64,000 bases of DNA, from assembly GCA_046704725.1 (NCBI GenBank), contig JBJKRI010000003.1, positions 10,107 to 74,106 on the forward strand, in the 5' to 3' direction. This stretch comes from Candidatus Woesearchaeota archaeon (lineage in GTDB: Archaea > Nanobdellota > Nanobdellia > Woesearchaeales > SKIA01). The number at the start of each line of letters is the position of its first letter. Positions within the stretch are counted from its first letter, which is position 1. The translations under genes were made by a program, and so were the position numbers. Below the pieces are notes generated by a model. The model was not told the DNA's origin, made no database searches, and was given only the letters and a program-made list of their open reading frames with translations. This document shows, one piece after another, positions 18,181 to 27,396 of this stretch.

Positions 18181-19059
18181 TTATGGCATGCCGACGCATG
18201 CCCCGTCCTGACAGGTTGTGGGGCAATTGTAGAGCACCGCCTCCACCTGTCCGTGCGGTCCGCACGAGAACTCGCGGAGCTGTCCATTAGGGAGGCACGC
18301 GTCCTGCGCGCCGCTCGAGAGCGTGCCGCGCACGCCATAATTGATGCCGCCGTCGGAATCGGTGCACGAACCGTGATCAGGGACAGGGACCTGCCGGCAG
18401 GTCGCGGACATCACGCGCATCTGCGAATTAGCGGGTGTGGGCGCTCCGGGCGCCCGCGAGGCGTACTGCCCGGCGAGGCGTATCTCCACTGCGCGCTTCT
18501 CCAGGATTGTCCCGTTCGGCGCGAGACGCACGTATTGCGCGCCGATGTTGCTGCAGTACAGGTAGTTGACATTCTCACCCATCGATGAGCCCCAATGGCA
18601 GCTCATGCCGCCGCCGAGCTCGTACGCCGTGTAGCCTGTGTCCCACTTGGTGTTGACCAGCGCCGCCGAGGGCGGCTGGTACACGATGATGCTCGAGGGC
18701 ACGACGGTGTTGAGGCACGGCGCCCATAAGGGGGTGCTGTTGTAGATGAATGGCGTGCTGTTCGCGGAGCCCGTCCTGCTCGTTGCCTGCACCACGAGCT
18801 TGTGCACGCCTGGCGTGAGGTTGACGGGTATCGTCCGTGGCGTGTCGTTGCCTGCGAGGCCGTGGCCCGCCGGTTTCCCGTCCACGATGATCGTGTAATT
18901 GAGGATTCCTGCGTGCGGGTCCGTGAGCACGAAGGTGAGATTCATCCCGCCGATGATTGTCGCGCCGTCCTGCGGCGAGACGATCCTGCTCGTCGGCATC
19001 GTGTGCGGTGCGCAACCGGCGAGGATGAGCAATCCTAGGAATGCAGCGAGGTATCGCAT
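18181..19059 (-). CDS. Secreted lipoprotein (lipobox LILAGC) with many N-x-S/T sequons and Cys-rich C-terminus
   Basis: Signal peptide plus lipobox. At least 8 N-glycosylation sequons. Confidence 0.55.
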   Translation of the reverse strand: MRYLAAFLGLLILAGCAPHTMPTSRIVSPQDGATIIGGMNLTFVLTDPHAGILNYTIIVDGKPAGHGLAGNDTPRTIPVNLTPGVHKLVVQATSRTGSANSTPFIYNSTPLWAPCLNTVVPSSIIVYQPPSAALVNTKWDTGYTAYELGGGMSCHWGSSMGENVNYLYCSNIGAQYVRLAPNGTILEKRAVEIRLAGQYASRAPGAPTPANSQMRVMSATCRQVPVPDHGSCTDSDGGINYGVRGTLSSGAQDACLPNGQLREFSCGPHGQVEAVLYNCPTTCQDGACVGMP

Positions 19060-19464
19060 GGTCGTGACTGCGATTGAGCGTATTTAAAGCTGTGCGCATC
19101 CCCTTGATTTCGTGTGGAAACAGTCTCGTTGAGGAATGAGGCTTTCCTCGTGCGCTTGATGTGGTGTTGGAATGATTTTGCATCTGCGCTCTTTTCATAT
19201 ATACAATACATTTCTATATAGAAAGAGAAGAGAGAGAAGAGGAACAAGAATCATTCCATGACTCGCACTGGACATTGACCGGATGACCCTTTAAACACGG
19301 AAAAACACCCCGTGGTTCGCGTGCAGGCAATCTCCATAGGAAATGAAGGGGTCCCATCCCCACTCCAACACATAGGACGCAACACAGTGTTCCACCGGCA
19401 ACAGAGCTTATATACCTCCGTTTCGGATGCAAAATGGGAGCGTCGAGAGGCGCTCAGGGGGTGT
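19060..19464. other. Candidate replication origin (oriC). ORB-like half sites TGTGGAAACAG (19113-19123) and GTGTTCCACCGG (19387-19398) in inverted orientation flank an AT-rich unwinding element (19185-19250). A G-string GGGGATGGGACCCC lies 20-40 nt from the right ORB.
   Basis: 405-bp intergenic region immediately upstream of cdc6. Architecture matches Pyrococcus/Halobacterium-type origins. Confidence 0.5.
19408..19415 (+). promoter_or_regulatory. TATA-like box for cdc6 (ttatatac), about 50 nt upstream of ATG 19465
   Basis: AT-rich octamer at plausible promoter distance. Confidence 0.3.
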
Positions 19465-20670
19465 ATGTTGTCAGAGACCAAACTCATCGGACTTTTCGAG
19501 AAGTTCCTGAAAAAAGAATCCATCTTCGAAGACAAGCGCGTGCTGCAGAGCCACTACGTACCGGAAGAGCTCGAGCATCGTGACGACCAGATCAAGCAGA
19601 TCGCGTCCATGCTCGCTCCTGCCTTGCGGCAGGACCGGCCGAGCAACCTGTTCGTCTACGGCAAGACGGGCACGGGCAAGACCGTCGTCACCAAGTACGT
19701 CAGCCAGAATCTCATGGAGGTCGCGCGCACGCAAGGCATACCGCTGCGCATCATCTACCTCAACTGCAAGCTCAAGCGCGTCGCCGACACCGAGTACCGG
19801 CTCATCGCAGAGCTCACCCGATCATTGGGACGCCAGATTCCCGCGACAGGATTGCCGACCGACGAGGTCTACGCCAACTTCTACGAGATGGTCGAGAAGC
19901 AGGCGTGCGTGCTCATCCTCGTCCTCGACGAGATAGACCAGCTCGTCAACAAGGCGGGCGACGACATCATCTACAACCTGACGCGCATCAACAGCGACCT
20001 CAAGCACAGCCAGATCAGCATCGTGGGCATCAGCAACGACCTTGTCTTCGCGGACACGCTCGATCCGCGCGTCAAGAGCTCGTTGTCCGAGGAGGAACTG
20101 GTCTTCCCGCCCTACAACGCGCTGCAGATACAGACGATTCTCAAGCACCGCGCCGAGAACGCCTTCAAGGACGACATCCTCGCGCCAGGAGTCCTCGCCA
20201 AGTGCGCGGCCTACGCCGCGAGAGAGCACGGCGATGCGCGCCGCGCATTGGAATTGCTCCGCGTCTCCGCTGAGCTCGCCGAGCGCGACGGCGTCGAGCG
20301 CGTCGGCCTGCGTCACGTGGACCTCGCCGAGGAGAAGATCGAGAAGGACCGCATCGTCGAGATCGTGCGCACCCAGCCAAAGCAGTTCCAGGCCTGCCTC
20401 TACAGCATCTTCTCGCTGGGTGACAGCAAGAAGGTCTTCACGGGCGACGCCTATGAGGTGTATCGAGCCTTGTGCAAGCAGATCAACCTGCGGCCCTTGA
20501 CGCAACGACGCTTCAGCGACATCGTCGGAGAGCTCGACATGCTGGGCGTCATCAACGCCAAGGTCATCAGCAAGGGCCGTTACGGGCGCACGCGCGAGAT
20601 CAGCCTCTCGCTCTCCAAGACGCTACAGCCGAAAGTGCTGGACATCCTCAAGGAAGACCTCTCGCTATGA
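19465..20670 (+). CDS. cdc6: Orc1/Cdc6 replication initiator
   Basis: Walker A GKTGTGKT, Walker B DEID, C-terminal winged helix. Start at internal ATG 19465. Confidence 0.9.
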   Translation: MLSETKLIGLFEKFLKKESIFEDKRVLQSHYVPEELEHRDDQIKQIASMLAPALRQDRPSNLFVYGKTGTGKTVVTKYVSQNLMEVARTQGIPLRIIYLNCKLKRVADTEYRLIAELTRSLGRQIPATGLPTDEVYANFYEMVEKQACVLILVLDEIDQLVNKAGDDIIYNLTRINSDLKHSQISIVGISNDLVFADTLDPRVKSSLSEEELVFPPYNALQIQTILKHRAENAFKDDILAPGVLAKCAAYAAREHGDARRALELLRVSAELAERDGVERVGLRHVDLAEEKIEKDRIVEIVRTQPKQFQACLYSIFSLGDSKKVFTGDAYEVYRALCKQINLRPLTQRRFSDIVGELDMLGVINAKVISKGRYGRTREISLSLSKTLQPKVLDILKEDLSL

Positions 20671-22079
20671 ACATCGTCGAACGGTTGCTGGAACGCGATA
20701 TCCTGGTCGACCCTGAGCGGTTCAAGACCCTCTCGGAGCAGCAGGTCAAGCAGCTCGACCACGCCTTGGACGGCATGAGCGACGAGCAGGTCGAGGAGTT
20801 CTTGTCCCGCGGCTCTGTCGAGATACTCTGGAGCTATACCAAGCGGCCGTCCAAGCGTACCTACCAGGATTTCGTCGGCCACTTCAACCGTCGGCTCGAG
20901 CAGATAGGCGCGCTGCTGCGTCAGCGGCAGGAGCTCGCCAGCCCGACGAGCATCGCGCGCATCAAGGAGAACGACCGTGTCGCGGCCATCGGCATCGTCT
21001 GGGAGAAGCGCGAGACCAAGAACGGCCACATCATCCTCGAGCTCGAGGACCAGACCGGAAAGACCAACGTATTGCTCAGCAAGAACCGTCCCGAGCTCCT
21101 GGAGCTCGGACAAGACATCATGCTCGACGAGGTCATCGGCGTCACCGGGAAAGCCGGCGACGGCATCATCTTCGCCGACGCGATCATCCATCCGGACATC
21201 CCCGTCAGCCACGAGCTCAAGAAGGCGCCCGACGAGTCGTACGCCATCTTCATCAGCGACCTGCACTTCGGTGGCAAGAATTTCTTCTATGACGGTTGGG
21301 AGCGTTTCATCCGCTGGCTCAACGGCGAGGTCGGCGGCAAGCAGCACGCGCACATCTCCAAGCGCGTCAAGTACCTGTTCATCATCGGCGACCTCATCGA
21401 GGGCGTCGGCATCTATCCCGGTCAGGAGAACGACCTGAAGATATCGGACGTCAAGGAGCAGTACGTGGAGTTCTCCAAGCACATCGCGCAGATCCCGCAG
21501 CGCATCCAGATCGTCATGTGTCCGGGCAACCACGACGCCGGCCGCTTGGCGGAGCCGCAGTACGACCTCTACCAGGATTTCACGGCCGACATGCTCGACC
21601 TTCCCAACGTCCACCTGGTCAGCAACCCGAGCGTGGTGCGCATCCACCGTTCGAAGGATTTCGGCGGTTTCGACGTATTGCTCTATCATGGTTATTCCTT
21701 CATCTACTACGGCAACAACGTGCCGAGCATCTTCAACGAGGGCGCGGTCAACCGGCCGGACCTCATCATGCGCTACCTGTTGCAGCGAAGGCACCTCGCG
21801 CCCACGCACACCAGCAACCTCTACATCCCCGACCCCGTCGCGGACCCGCTCGTCATCAGCGACGTGCCCGACTTCTTCGTGACGGGTCACACCCACCACG
21901 CCGTGCAGGACACCTATCGCGGCGTCACCTTGCTGAACTGCTCGTGCTGGGTGCCGATTACCGACAACCAGCGCAACTACGGCCTGACGCCCGACCCGGG
22001 AAAGGTCCCTATCGTGAATCTCAAGACGCGGCAGGTACGCCTGCTGCCTTTCGTCAAGACGGAGGAAGACGATGCCTGA
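20667..22079 (+). CDS. dp1: DNA polymerase D small subunit (DP1), calcineurin-like phosphoesterase
   Basis: DLHFG, GNHD and GHTH motifs. ATG 20667 overlaps the cdc6 stop (ATGA). The track N-extension is spurious. Confidence 0.9.
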   Translation: MNIVERLLERDILVDPERFKTLSEQQVKQLDHALDGMSDEQVEEFLSRGSVEILWSYTKRPSKRTYQDFVGHFNRRLEQIGALLRQRQELASPTSIARIKENDRVAAIGIVWEKRETKNGHIILELEDQTGKTNVLLSKNRPELLELGQDIMLDEVIGVTGKAGDGIIFADAIIHPDIPVSHELKKAPDESYAIFISDLHFGGKNFFYDGWERFIRWLNGEVGGKQHAHISKRVKYLFIIGDLIEGVGIYPGQENDLKISDVKEQYVEFSKHIAQIPQRIQIVMCPGNHDAGRLAEPQYDLYQDFTADMLDLPNVHLVSNPSVVRIHRSKDFGGFDVLLYHGYSFIYYGNNVPSIFNEGAVNRPDLIMRYLLQRRHLAPTHTSNLYIPDPVADPLVISDVPDFFVTGHTHHAVQDTYRGVTLLNCSCWVPITDNQRNYGLTPDPGKVPIVNLKTRQVRLLPFVKTEEDDA

Positions 22080-25000
22080 ATACGCCGAGGGAAAGCTGCC
22101 CGACGATCTCATCACGTATTTCGAATCGCTCAACACCGAGACGGACCGCGCCTTCGCCATCGCGAAAGCGGCGCGCGCCAAGGGCTACGACCCGGCCGTG
22201 GAGCCGGAGATCCAGATCGCCAAGAACATGGCCGAGCGCGTCGTCGGTCTCGTCTCTGTCGCGGCGCCGCAGATCGTCGGTTCGGGAGTGGTCGAGCGTA
22301 TCCAAGATCTCGAGCGCCAGTACGGCATCCTCGACTGGCGCGTCGCCTTCACCATCGCCTTGGAGGTGGGCCAGCAGAAATACTGCAGTTTCAAGGACGA
22401 GCGTGAGGCCATGGAGGTCGGCATCCGCGTCGGTTTCGCCTACGTGACCAACGGCGTGGTCTCCAGCCCCTTGGAGGGTTTCGTCAATCTCGAGTTCGGA
22501 AAGCGCATGGACGACGGCAAGGAGTACTTCCGCATCAAGTACGCTGGGCCCGTGCGCAACGCCGGCGGCACCGCGGCGGCTGTCAGCGTGCTCATCGCCG
22601 ATTACGTGCGAAAGCACATGGGCTACGCCGAGTACGATCCGCAGCCCGACGAGGTGCAGCGCTGTATCACCGAGCTGGGCAACTATCACGAGCGCATCGC
22701 CAACCTCCAGTACTATCCGTCGGACGCGGAGGTGGATTTCCTTGTCTCGCACATGCCCATCGAGGTCGCCGGCGACCCGACAGAGAAGATCGAGGTCTCC
22801 AACCACAAGAACCTGCCGCGCATCCCCACCAACAAGCTGCGCTCGGGCTATTGCCTCATCTACTCCTCGTGCATCCCCCTCAAGGGTCCCAAGCTCTGGA
22901 AGCGCCTCGCCAAGTGGGGAAAGGATATGGGCATGGAGCAGTGGGACTTCCTCGAGGAGTTCTTGGAGGTGCAGCACCGCGAGAAGGCCAAGGCCAAGAG
23001 CACGGACAAGGAGGAGGAGACCGTCGGCGTCGCGCCCGTCTACACCTACATCAAGGACCTCGTCGCTGGAAGGCCGGTCTTCGGCCATCCCTTGCGTCCA
23101 GGCGCCTTCCGCCTGCGTTACGGACGCAACCGTTTGTCCGGCCTGTCCGGGCAATCATTACATCCCGCGTCGAGCATCATCCTCAACGAGTTCATCGCGA
23201 CGGGAAGCCAGCTCAAGGTCGAGCGCCCCGGCAAGGCCGCGGCCTTCACCATGTGCGACGAGATCGACGGTCCCATCGTCCGATTGCAGAACGGTGATGT
23301 GCTGCGCGTGCAGACCGCCGAGCAGGCGCGCCGGCTCTCGCCCGACGTGGAGAAGATATTGTTCTCCGGCGACGTCCTCATCTGTTACGGCGACTTCCTG
23401 GACCGCGCGCATCCCTTGGTGCCCGCCGGTTATGTCGAGGAGTGGTGGGTGCAGGAGCTCGAGAAGGCGGGTTGCGCTGTCCCCGAGGAATTATTGGCCG
23501 AGCCGTACAAGACAGCGATCTCTTTCGAGGAGGCCATGCGCTACAGCAAGGAGCATGGCGTTCCCTTGCATCCGCGATTCACCTATTACTATTCCGTCGC
23601 TTCTGTTCCGCAGTTGCGCACCCTTTGGGAGGCCATCCGTAAGGCGCCGCACAAGGACAATCTCATCCTCAAGAACCGTCCCGAGGTCAAGGAGGCGCTC
23701 GAGGCGATCGGCGCGCCGCACCGCGTCGTGCAAGAGGAGTATCTCGTCCTGACCGGCGATGACGCGAAAGCGCTGCGCACGTGCCTCTCGCGCGAGATGC
23801 CCGAGGACTGCTCGGACCCGATGGAGTTCATGCAGGCGGTCAGTCCCGTCTTCGTGCGCGACAAGGCCGGCACCTTCATCGGCACGCGTCTCGGACGCCC
23901 GGAGAAGGCGAAGATGCGCAAATTGCGTGGCAGCCCGCACACCTTGTTCCCCATCGGCGAGGAGGGCGGTCGCTTGCGCAGCGTGAACGCCGCCCTCGAG
24001 GTCGGTCACGTCAACAGCAGCTTCGAGATCTACTATTGCCCGTCGTGCAAGGAGGAGCGCGTGACCCGTCGCTGCCCGGTCTGCGACGGATTGTGCGAGG
24101 AGCGCTACTACTGCCGCCAGTGCGGCACGACCGAGCGCGCGGAGTGCGACCGCGGAAAGCACAGTCGCGCGAAGGAGATGTCCGTCCCTATCGGCGAGTA
24201 CATGGATTTCTGCATGCGGCGCATGGACACCAAGGTCATGCCCGACCTCATCAAGGGCGTTCGCGGCACCGCGAACGAGGACCACGCGGTCGAGCACTTG
24301 CTCAAGGGTTTCTTGCGCGCGAGAAACGACGTGTATGTCAACAAGGACGGCACGGTGCGCTACGACGCTTCCGAGGTGCCGGTCACGCATTTCCGTTGCG
24401 ACGAGATCGGCATCGACGTCGCCACGGTCAAGCGCTTGGGCTATATCCACGACATCCACGGCGAGCCCATCGAGCGCGAGAGCCAGGTCATCGAATTGTT
24501 CCCGCAGGACGTCATCTTGCCCGCGTGCGACGAGGCTCCCGATGAGAAGAGCGACGACGTGTTGTTCAAGACCTCGCGTTTCATCGACGAATTGTTGGTG
24601 CATCTCTACGGCGAGAAGTCTTTCTACAACGCCAAGAGCCCGAAGGATCTCGTCGGTCATTTGGTGTTGGCCTTGGCGCCGCACACGAGCGCTGCTACTG
24701 TGGGGCGCATCATCGGGTTTTCTAAGACGCAAGGACTCTTCTTCCATCCCTACCTGCACTCCGCCACCAGGCGTGACTGCGACGGCGACGAGGGCTGCGT
24801 CTTCTTGGTGCTTGACGCTTTCCTGAACTTCTCCCGTCGCTACCTCCCCTCGTCCCGCGGCGGAACGATGGACGCTCCGTTGGTACTGACGACGGTATTG
24901 GCTCCTGCCGAAGTCGATGACATGGTATTGAACATGGATATCGCCTGGCGCTATCCGCTGGAATTGTACGAGGGGGCGCAGGAGTTCAAGATGCCTTGGG

Positions 25001-25524
25001 ACGTGAAGATCCCTGTCATCGGCAAGACGCTCGGCACGCCCAAGGAGTTCTACGGCATGGGCTTCACCCACGGCACGGCGAGCATCAACGCGGGCAACCG
25101 CGTGAGCGTCTACAAGACCTTGCCGTCCATGCAGGAGAAGCTCGAGTCACAGATGGACCTCGCCAAGAAGCTCGTCGCCGTCGACGAGCGCGACGTCGCG
25201 CGCTTGGTCATCGAGAAGCACTTCATCCGCGACCTCAAGGGGAATCTTCGCAAGTTCTCCCAGCAGGTCTTCCGCTGCGTCAAGTGCAACGAGAAGTATC
25301 GCCGCCCGCCCCTGCGCGGCTCGTGCACGTGCGGCGGGCGCATCATCTTCACGATCAGCGAGGGCTCTGTGGTGAAGTATCTGACCCCCGCCGAGTCGCT
25401 CGTGCAGACCTACGACCTCGACCCCTACCTCGCGCAGTCGATCGACCTTACGCGCCGGCGCGTCGAGGAGGTCTTCGGCAAGGATCCCGAGAAGCAGCTC
25501 GGATTGGGTGCGTGGTTCGGATGA
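22072..25524 (+). CDS. dp2: DNA polymerase D large subunit (DP2), 1150 aa. No intein evident.
   Basis: Full-length collinear match to the DP2 family, including the cysteine clusters. Overlaps dp1 by 8 nt. Confidence 0.95.
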   Translation: MPEYAEGKLPDDLITYFESLNTETDRAFAIAKAARAKGYDPAVEPEIQIAKNMAERVVGLVSVAAPQIVGSGVVERIQDLERQYGILDWRVAFTIALEVGQQKYCSFKDEREAMEVGIRVGFAYVTNGVVSSPLEGFVNLEFGKRMDDGKEYFRIKYAGPVRNAGGTAAAVSVLIADYVRKHMGYAEYDPQPDEVQRCITELGNYHERIANLQYYPSDAEVDFLVSHMPIEVAGDPTEKIEVSNHKNLPRIPTNKLRSGYCLIYSSCIPLKGPKLWKRLAKWGKDMGMEQWDFLEEFLEVQHREKAKAKSTDKEEETVGVAPVYTYIKDLVAGRPVFGHPLRPGAFRLRYGRNRLSGLSGQSLHPASSIILNEFIATGSQLKVERPGKAAAFTMCDEIDGPIVRLQNGDVLRVQTAEQARRLSPDVEKILFSGDVLICYGDFLDRAHPLVPAGYVEEWWVQELEKAGCAVPEELLAEPYKTAISFEEAMRYSKEHGVPLHPRFTYYYSVASVPQLRTLWEAIRKAPHKDNLILKNRPEVKEALEAIGAPHRVVQEEYLVLTGDDAKALRTCLSREMPEDCSDPMEFMQAVSPVFVRDKAGTFIGTRLGRPEKAKMRKLRGSPHTLFPIGEEGGRLRSVNAALEVGHVNSSFEIYYCPSCKEERVTRRCPVCDGLCEERYYCRQCGTTERAECDRGKHSRAKEMSVPIGEYMDFCMRRMDTKVMPDLIKGVRGTANEDHAVEHLLKGFLRARNDVYVNKDGTVRYDASEVPVTHFRCDEIGIDVATVKRLGYIHDIHGEPIERESQVIELFPQDVILPACDEAPDEKSDDVLFKTSRFIDELLVHLYGEKSFYNAKSPKDLVGHLVLALAPHTSAATVGRIIGFSKTQGLFFHPYLHSATRRDCDGDEGCVFLVLDAFLNFSRRYLPSSRGGTMDAPLVLTTVLAPAEVDDMVLNMDIAWRYPLELYEGAQEFKMPWDVKIPVIGKTLGTPKEFYGMGFTHGTASINAGNRVSVYKTLPSMQEKLESQMDLAKKLVAVDERDVARLVIEKHFIRDLKGNLRKFSQQVFRCVKCNEKYRRPPLRGSCTCGGRIIFTISEGSVVKYLTPAESLVQTYDLDPYLAQSIDLTRRRVEEVFGKDPEKQLGLGAWFG

Positions 25525-25883
25525 CTAGCGCCTCCTCAGCGAAGCGCTTGAAGAAATTCCAGCGAAGATGGGCAAAGAAATGTGCCGAGATTAAGACGCA
25601 AAGCTTTAGTGCTGAGCAAGCGGGCAGTATCTACAATGATTTTCACTCAGAGATGGTTGATATTCTATTTTTGGAGCGTAATCGACAGTGGAGGGATGAT
25701 ATCAAAATAGTGTCTACCGATGTACATCATGCTCTGGAGGTGGCGAGGTATAACTATGAGCACCAACGAAAGAATATCTTTGATCGGATATTTGGCGGAA
25801 TACGTAATCTGTTCGTTGGTAAGAACACTGTGCAGGTCCCAGGAGCTACACCCAGCGATTCACACCAAATCCGTAAATCCTGA
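25521..25883 (+). CDS. Hypothetical basic protein (120 aa) in an AT-rich island. ATGA-coupled to dp2.
   Basis: ATG 25521 overlaps the dp2 stop. Sequence is visibly AT-richer than its neighbours. Confidence 0.4.
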   Translation: MTSASSAKRLKKFQRRWAKKCAEIKTQSFSAEQAGSIYNDFHSEMVDILFLERNRQWRDDIKIVSTDVHHALEVARYNYEHQRKNIFDRIFGGIRNLFVGKNTVQVPGATPSDSHQIRKS

Positions 25884-25962
25884 TGTGGGTATTATCTTGT
25901 GATTTCACCGTGGCTGCACTGCGACAATGCGCGAGTCGCGTGTTTTCTCATGGCGGTTCTGT

Positions 25963-26256
25963 CTATGGGAAGTCCTCGTACGGCGGCGTTCGCTTGCGCC
26001 CGACCGGTCCGCGTGTGGTCTTGTAATAATCGTATGCTTCTTGCACGACGGTCGGCGCTGTGCTGTTGAGCAGTGAACCGACGTTCCATTGGGTCATACC
26101 CTCGAACCGTTCTTGGATCCTGTAGAGGATCGCCGCTAGCTCTTCAGGTGGCACGACCATTTCTGCGTGCGACAAGCTGTCCTTATAGAGCTCGTCGAGT
26201 TGCTCCGTGAGTCGTTGCTGTGCCCTTTGCATGCCGCCCGGGTATTGCGCAAGCAT
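25963..26256 (-). CDS. Hypothetical small protein (97 aa)
   Basis: ORF with balanced composition. Divergent from the Toprim gene, 27 bp away. Confidence 0.35.
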   Translation of the reverse strand: MLAQYPGGMQRAQQRLTEQLDELYKDSLSHAEMVVPPEELAAILYRIQERFEGMTQWNVGSLLNSTAPTVVQEAYDYYKTTRGPVGRKRTPPYEDFP

Positions 26257-26283
26257 ATATTCTTTCGCACGCTATCTTGTAGC

Positions 26284-26613
26284 ATGGAGGTATCAGAGGT
26301 CATCGATCAGGTCAAGGGCATACCTGCCATCGTCGAGGGAAAGCGCGATACCGCTTCCTTGCGCGAGCTTGGTTTCACAGACATCCACGAGCTCGACACG
26401 GCGCTCTTCCATATCGTCGAGCGTTTCGACAAGGGAGCGACCGTGCAGATCCTCACCGACCTCGACAAGAAGGGAAAACAGCTGTACCGTCGTCTCTATC
26501 ACGAGTTCTCGCAGCGCGGCGTGCGTGTGGACAATCGCTTGCGCGAGGCGCTGTTCAACACGGACCTCTCTCACATCGAGGGCCTCGCCGGCTGGCTCGA
26601 CAATCACGCATAA
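26284..26613 (+). CDS. Small Toprim-domain protein (109 aa)
   Basis: IVEGKRD (Toprim Glu) and ILTDLDKKG (DxD). Internal ATG at 26284. Confidence 0.55.
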   Translation: MEVSEVIDQVKGIPAIVEGKRDTASLRELGFTDIHELDTALFHIVERFDKGATVQILTDLDKKGKQLYRRLYHEFSQRGVRVDNRLREALFNTDLSHIEGLAGWLDNHA

Positions 26614-26890
26614 GGCTTATATGCGTCCGTCCGCCTCGATTCCGCATGCGTTTCGACGATTCGGCTTCCATCGAGGGTTTGGCGGTGCTCGGTCCTTGGC
26701 GGGCTGGCTCTGTGCGCGCCGATCTGCGCGTGCATCGTCTTCTCGGGGAAAAGCACCCCGCGCAGGAGCGTCTCGACCGACGGTATGCTGGTGATTCCAG
26801 ATACGTCGCCGGTCAGTTCGCGGCGCACACGTATCAGTTCGCTGCTTTGCTTGTCCCTATCGCTCCGCTCTTCTACGAGTTGCTCAAGCG

Positions 26891-27301
26891 CTAGATCGCT
26901 TTCTTGAGGGCGTGCTTGGCGCCGCAGGCCTGGCATTTCAGGAACAGCGCCTGCCCGATCTTCTCGATCTTCGTGTCTGGTTTTCCGCAGTCGCTGCACA
27001 GCACGTACGCTTGCGCGTACTCGGCGATCTTGTCGTTGATGCGCGATGCCGACAGCTTGCTGTTGAAGATGGCGTACTGGTCCTTCTTGATGACGCCTTT
27101 GGCTGCGAGCTCTTTCGAGAGGAACTTGAGGACGTGGCGCATGGGCCTGTTCAGGTCGTCCGCGATCTGCGCGAAGTTGCTGATGATGGTCGCGTTGCCC
27201 TGGATGTGCCCTTTGACGCGCGGCAGCTCGAAGCGTTCGCTCCCTTCGGCTATCTCGGGGAGCTGTTCTTTCGCTCGCTTGAGCATCTCCGCGTATTCCA
27301 T
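26891..27301 (-). CDS. eif2b: Translation initiation factor aIF2 beta subunit
   Basis: MEYAEMLKRAKEQLPE N-terminus and C-terminal zinc ribbon CSDCGKPDT...CQACGAK. ATG at 27301. Confidence 0.85.
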   Translation of the reverse strand: MEYAEMLKRAKEQLPEIAEGSERFELPRVKGHIQGNATIISNFAQIADDLNRPMRHVLKFLSKELAAKGVIKKDQYAIFNSKLSASRINDKIAEYAQAYVLCSDCGKPDTKIEKIGQALFLKCQACGAKHALKKAI

Positions 27302-27396
27302 CGTCTGCGAGAATGGCACGCGTTTCTTAAAGGTGTGGGTAGATTATTTCTATATGGAAGGAGAGGATTAAGTAGGAGTCTTTATTCCCTCAGGTC

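Noticed and set aside
20472-20666. N-terminal 65-aa extension of dp1
   Set aside because: Gln/Arg/His-rich nonsense overlapping the cdc6 3' end. The ATGA-coupled ATG at 20667 gives the conserved MNIVERLL start.
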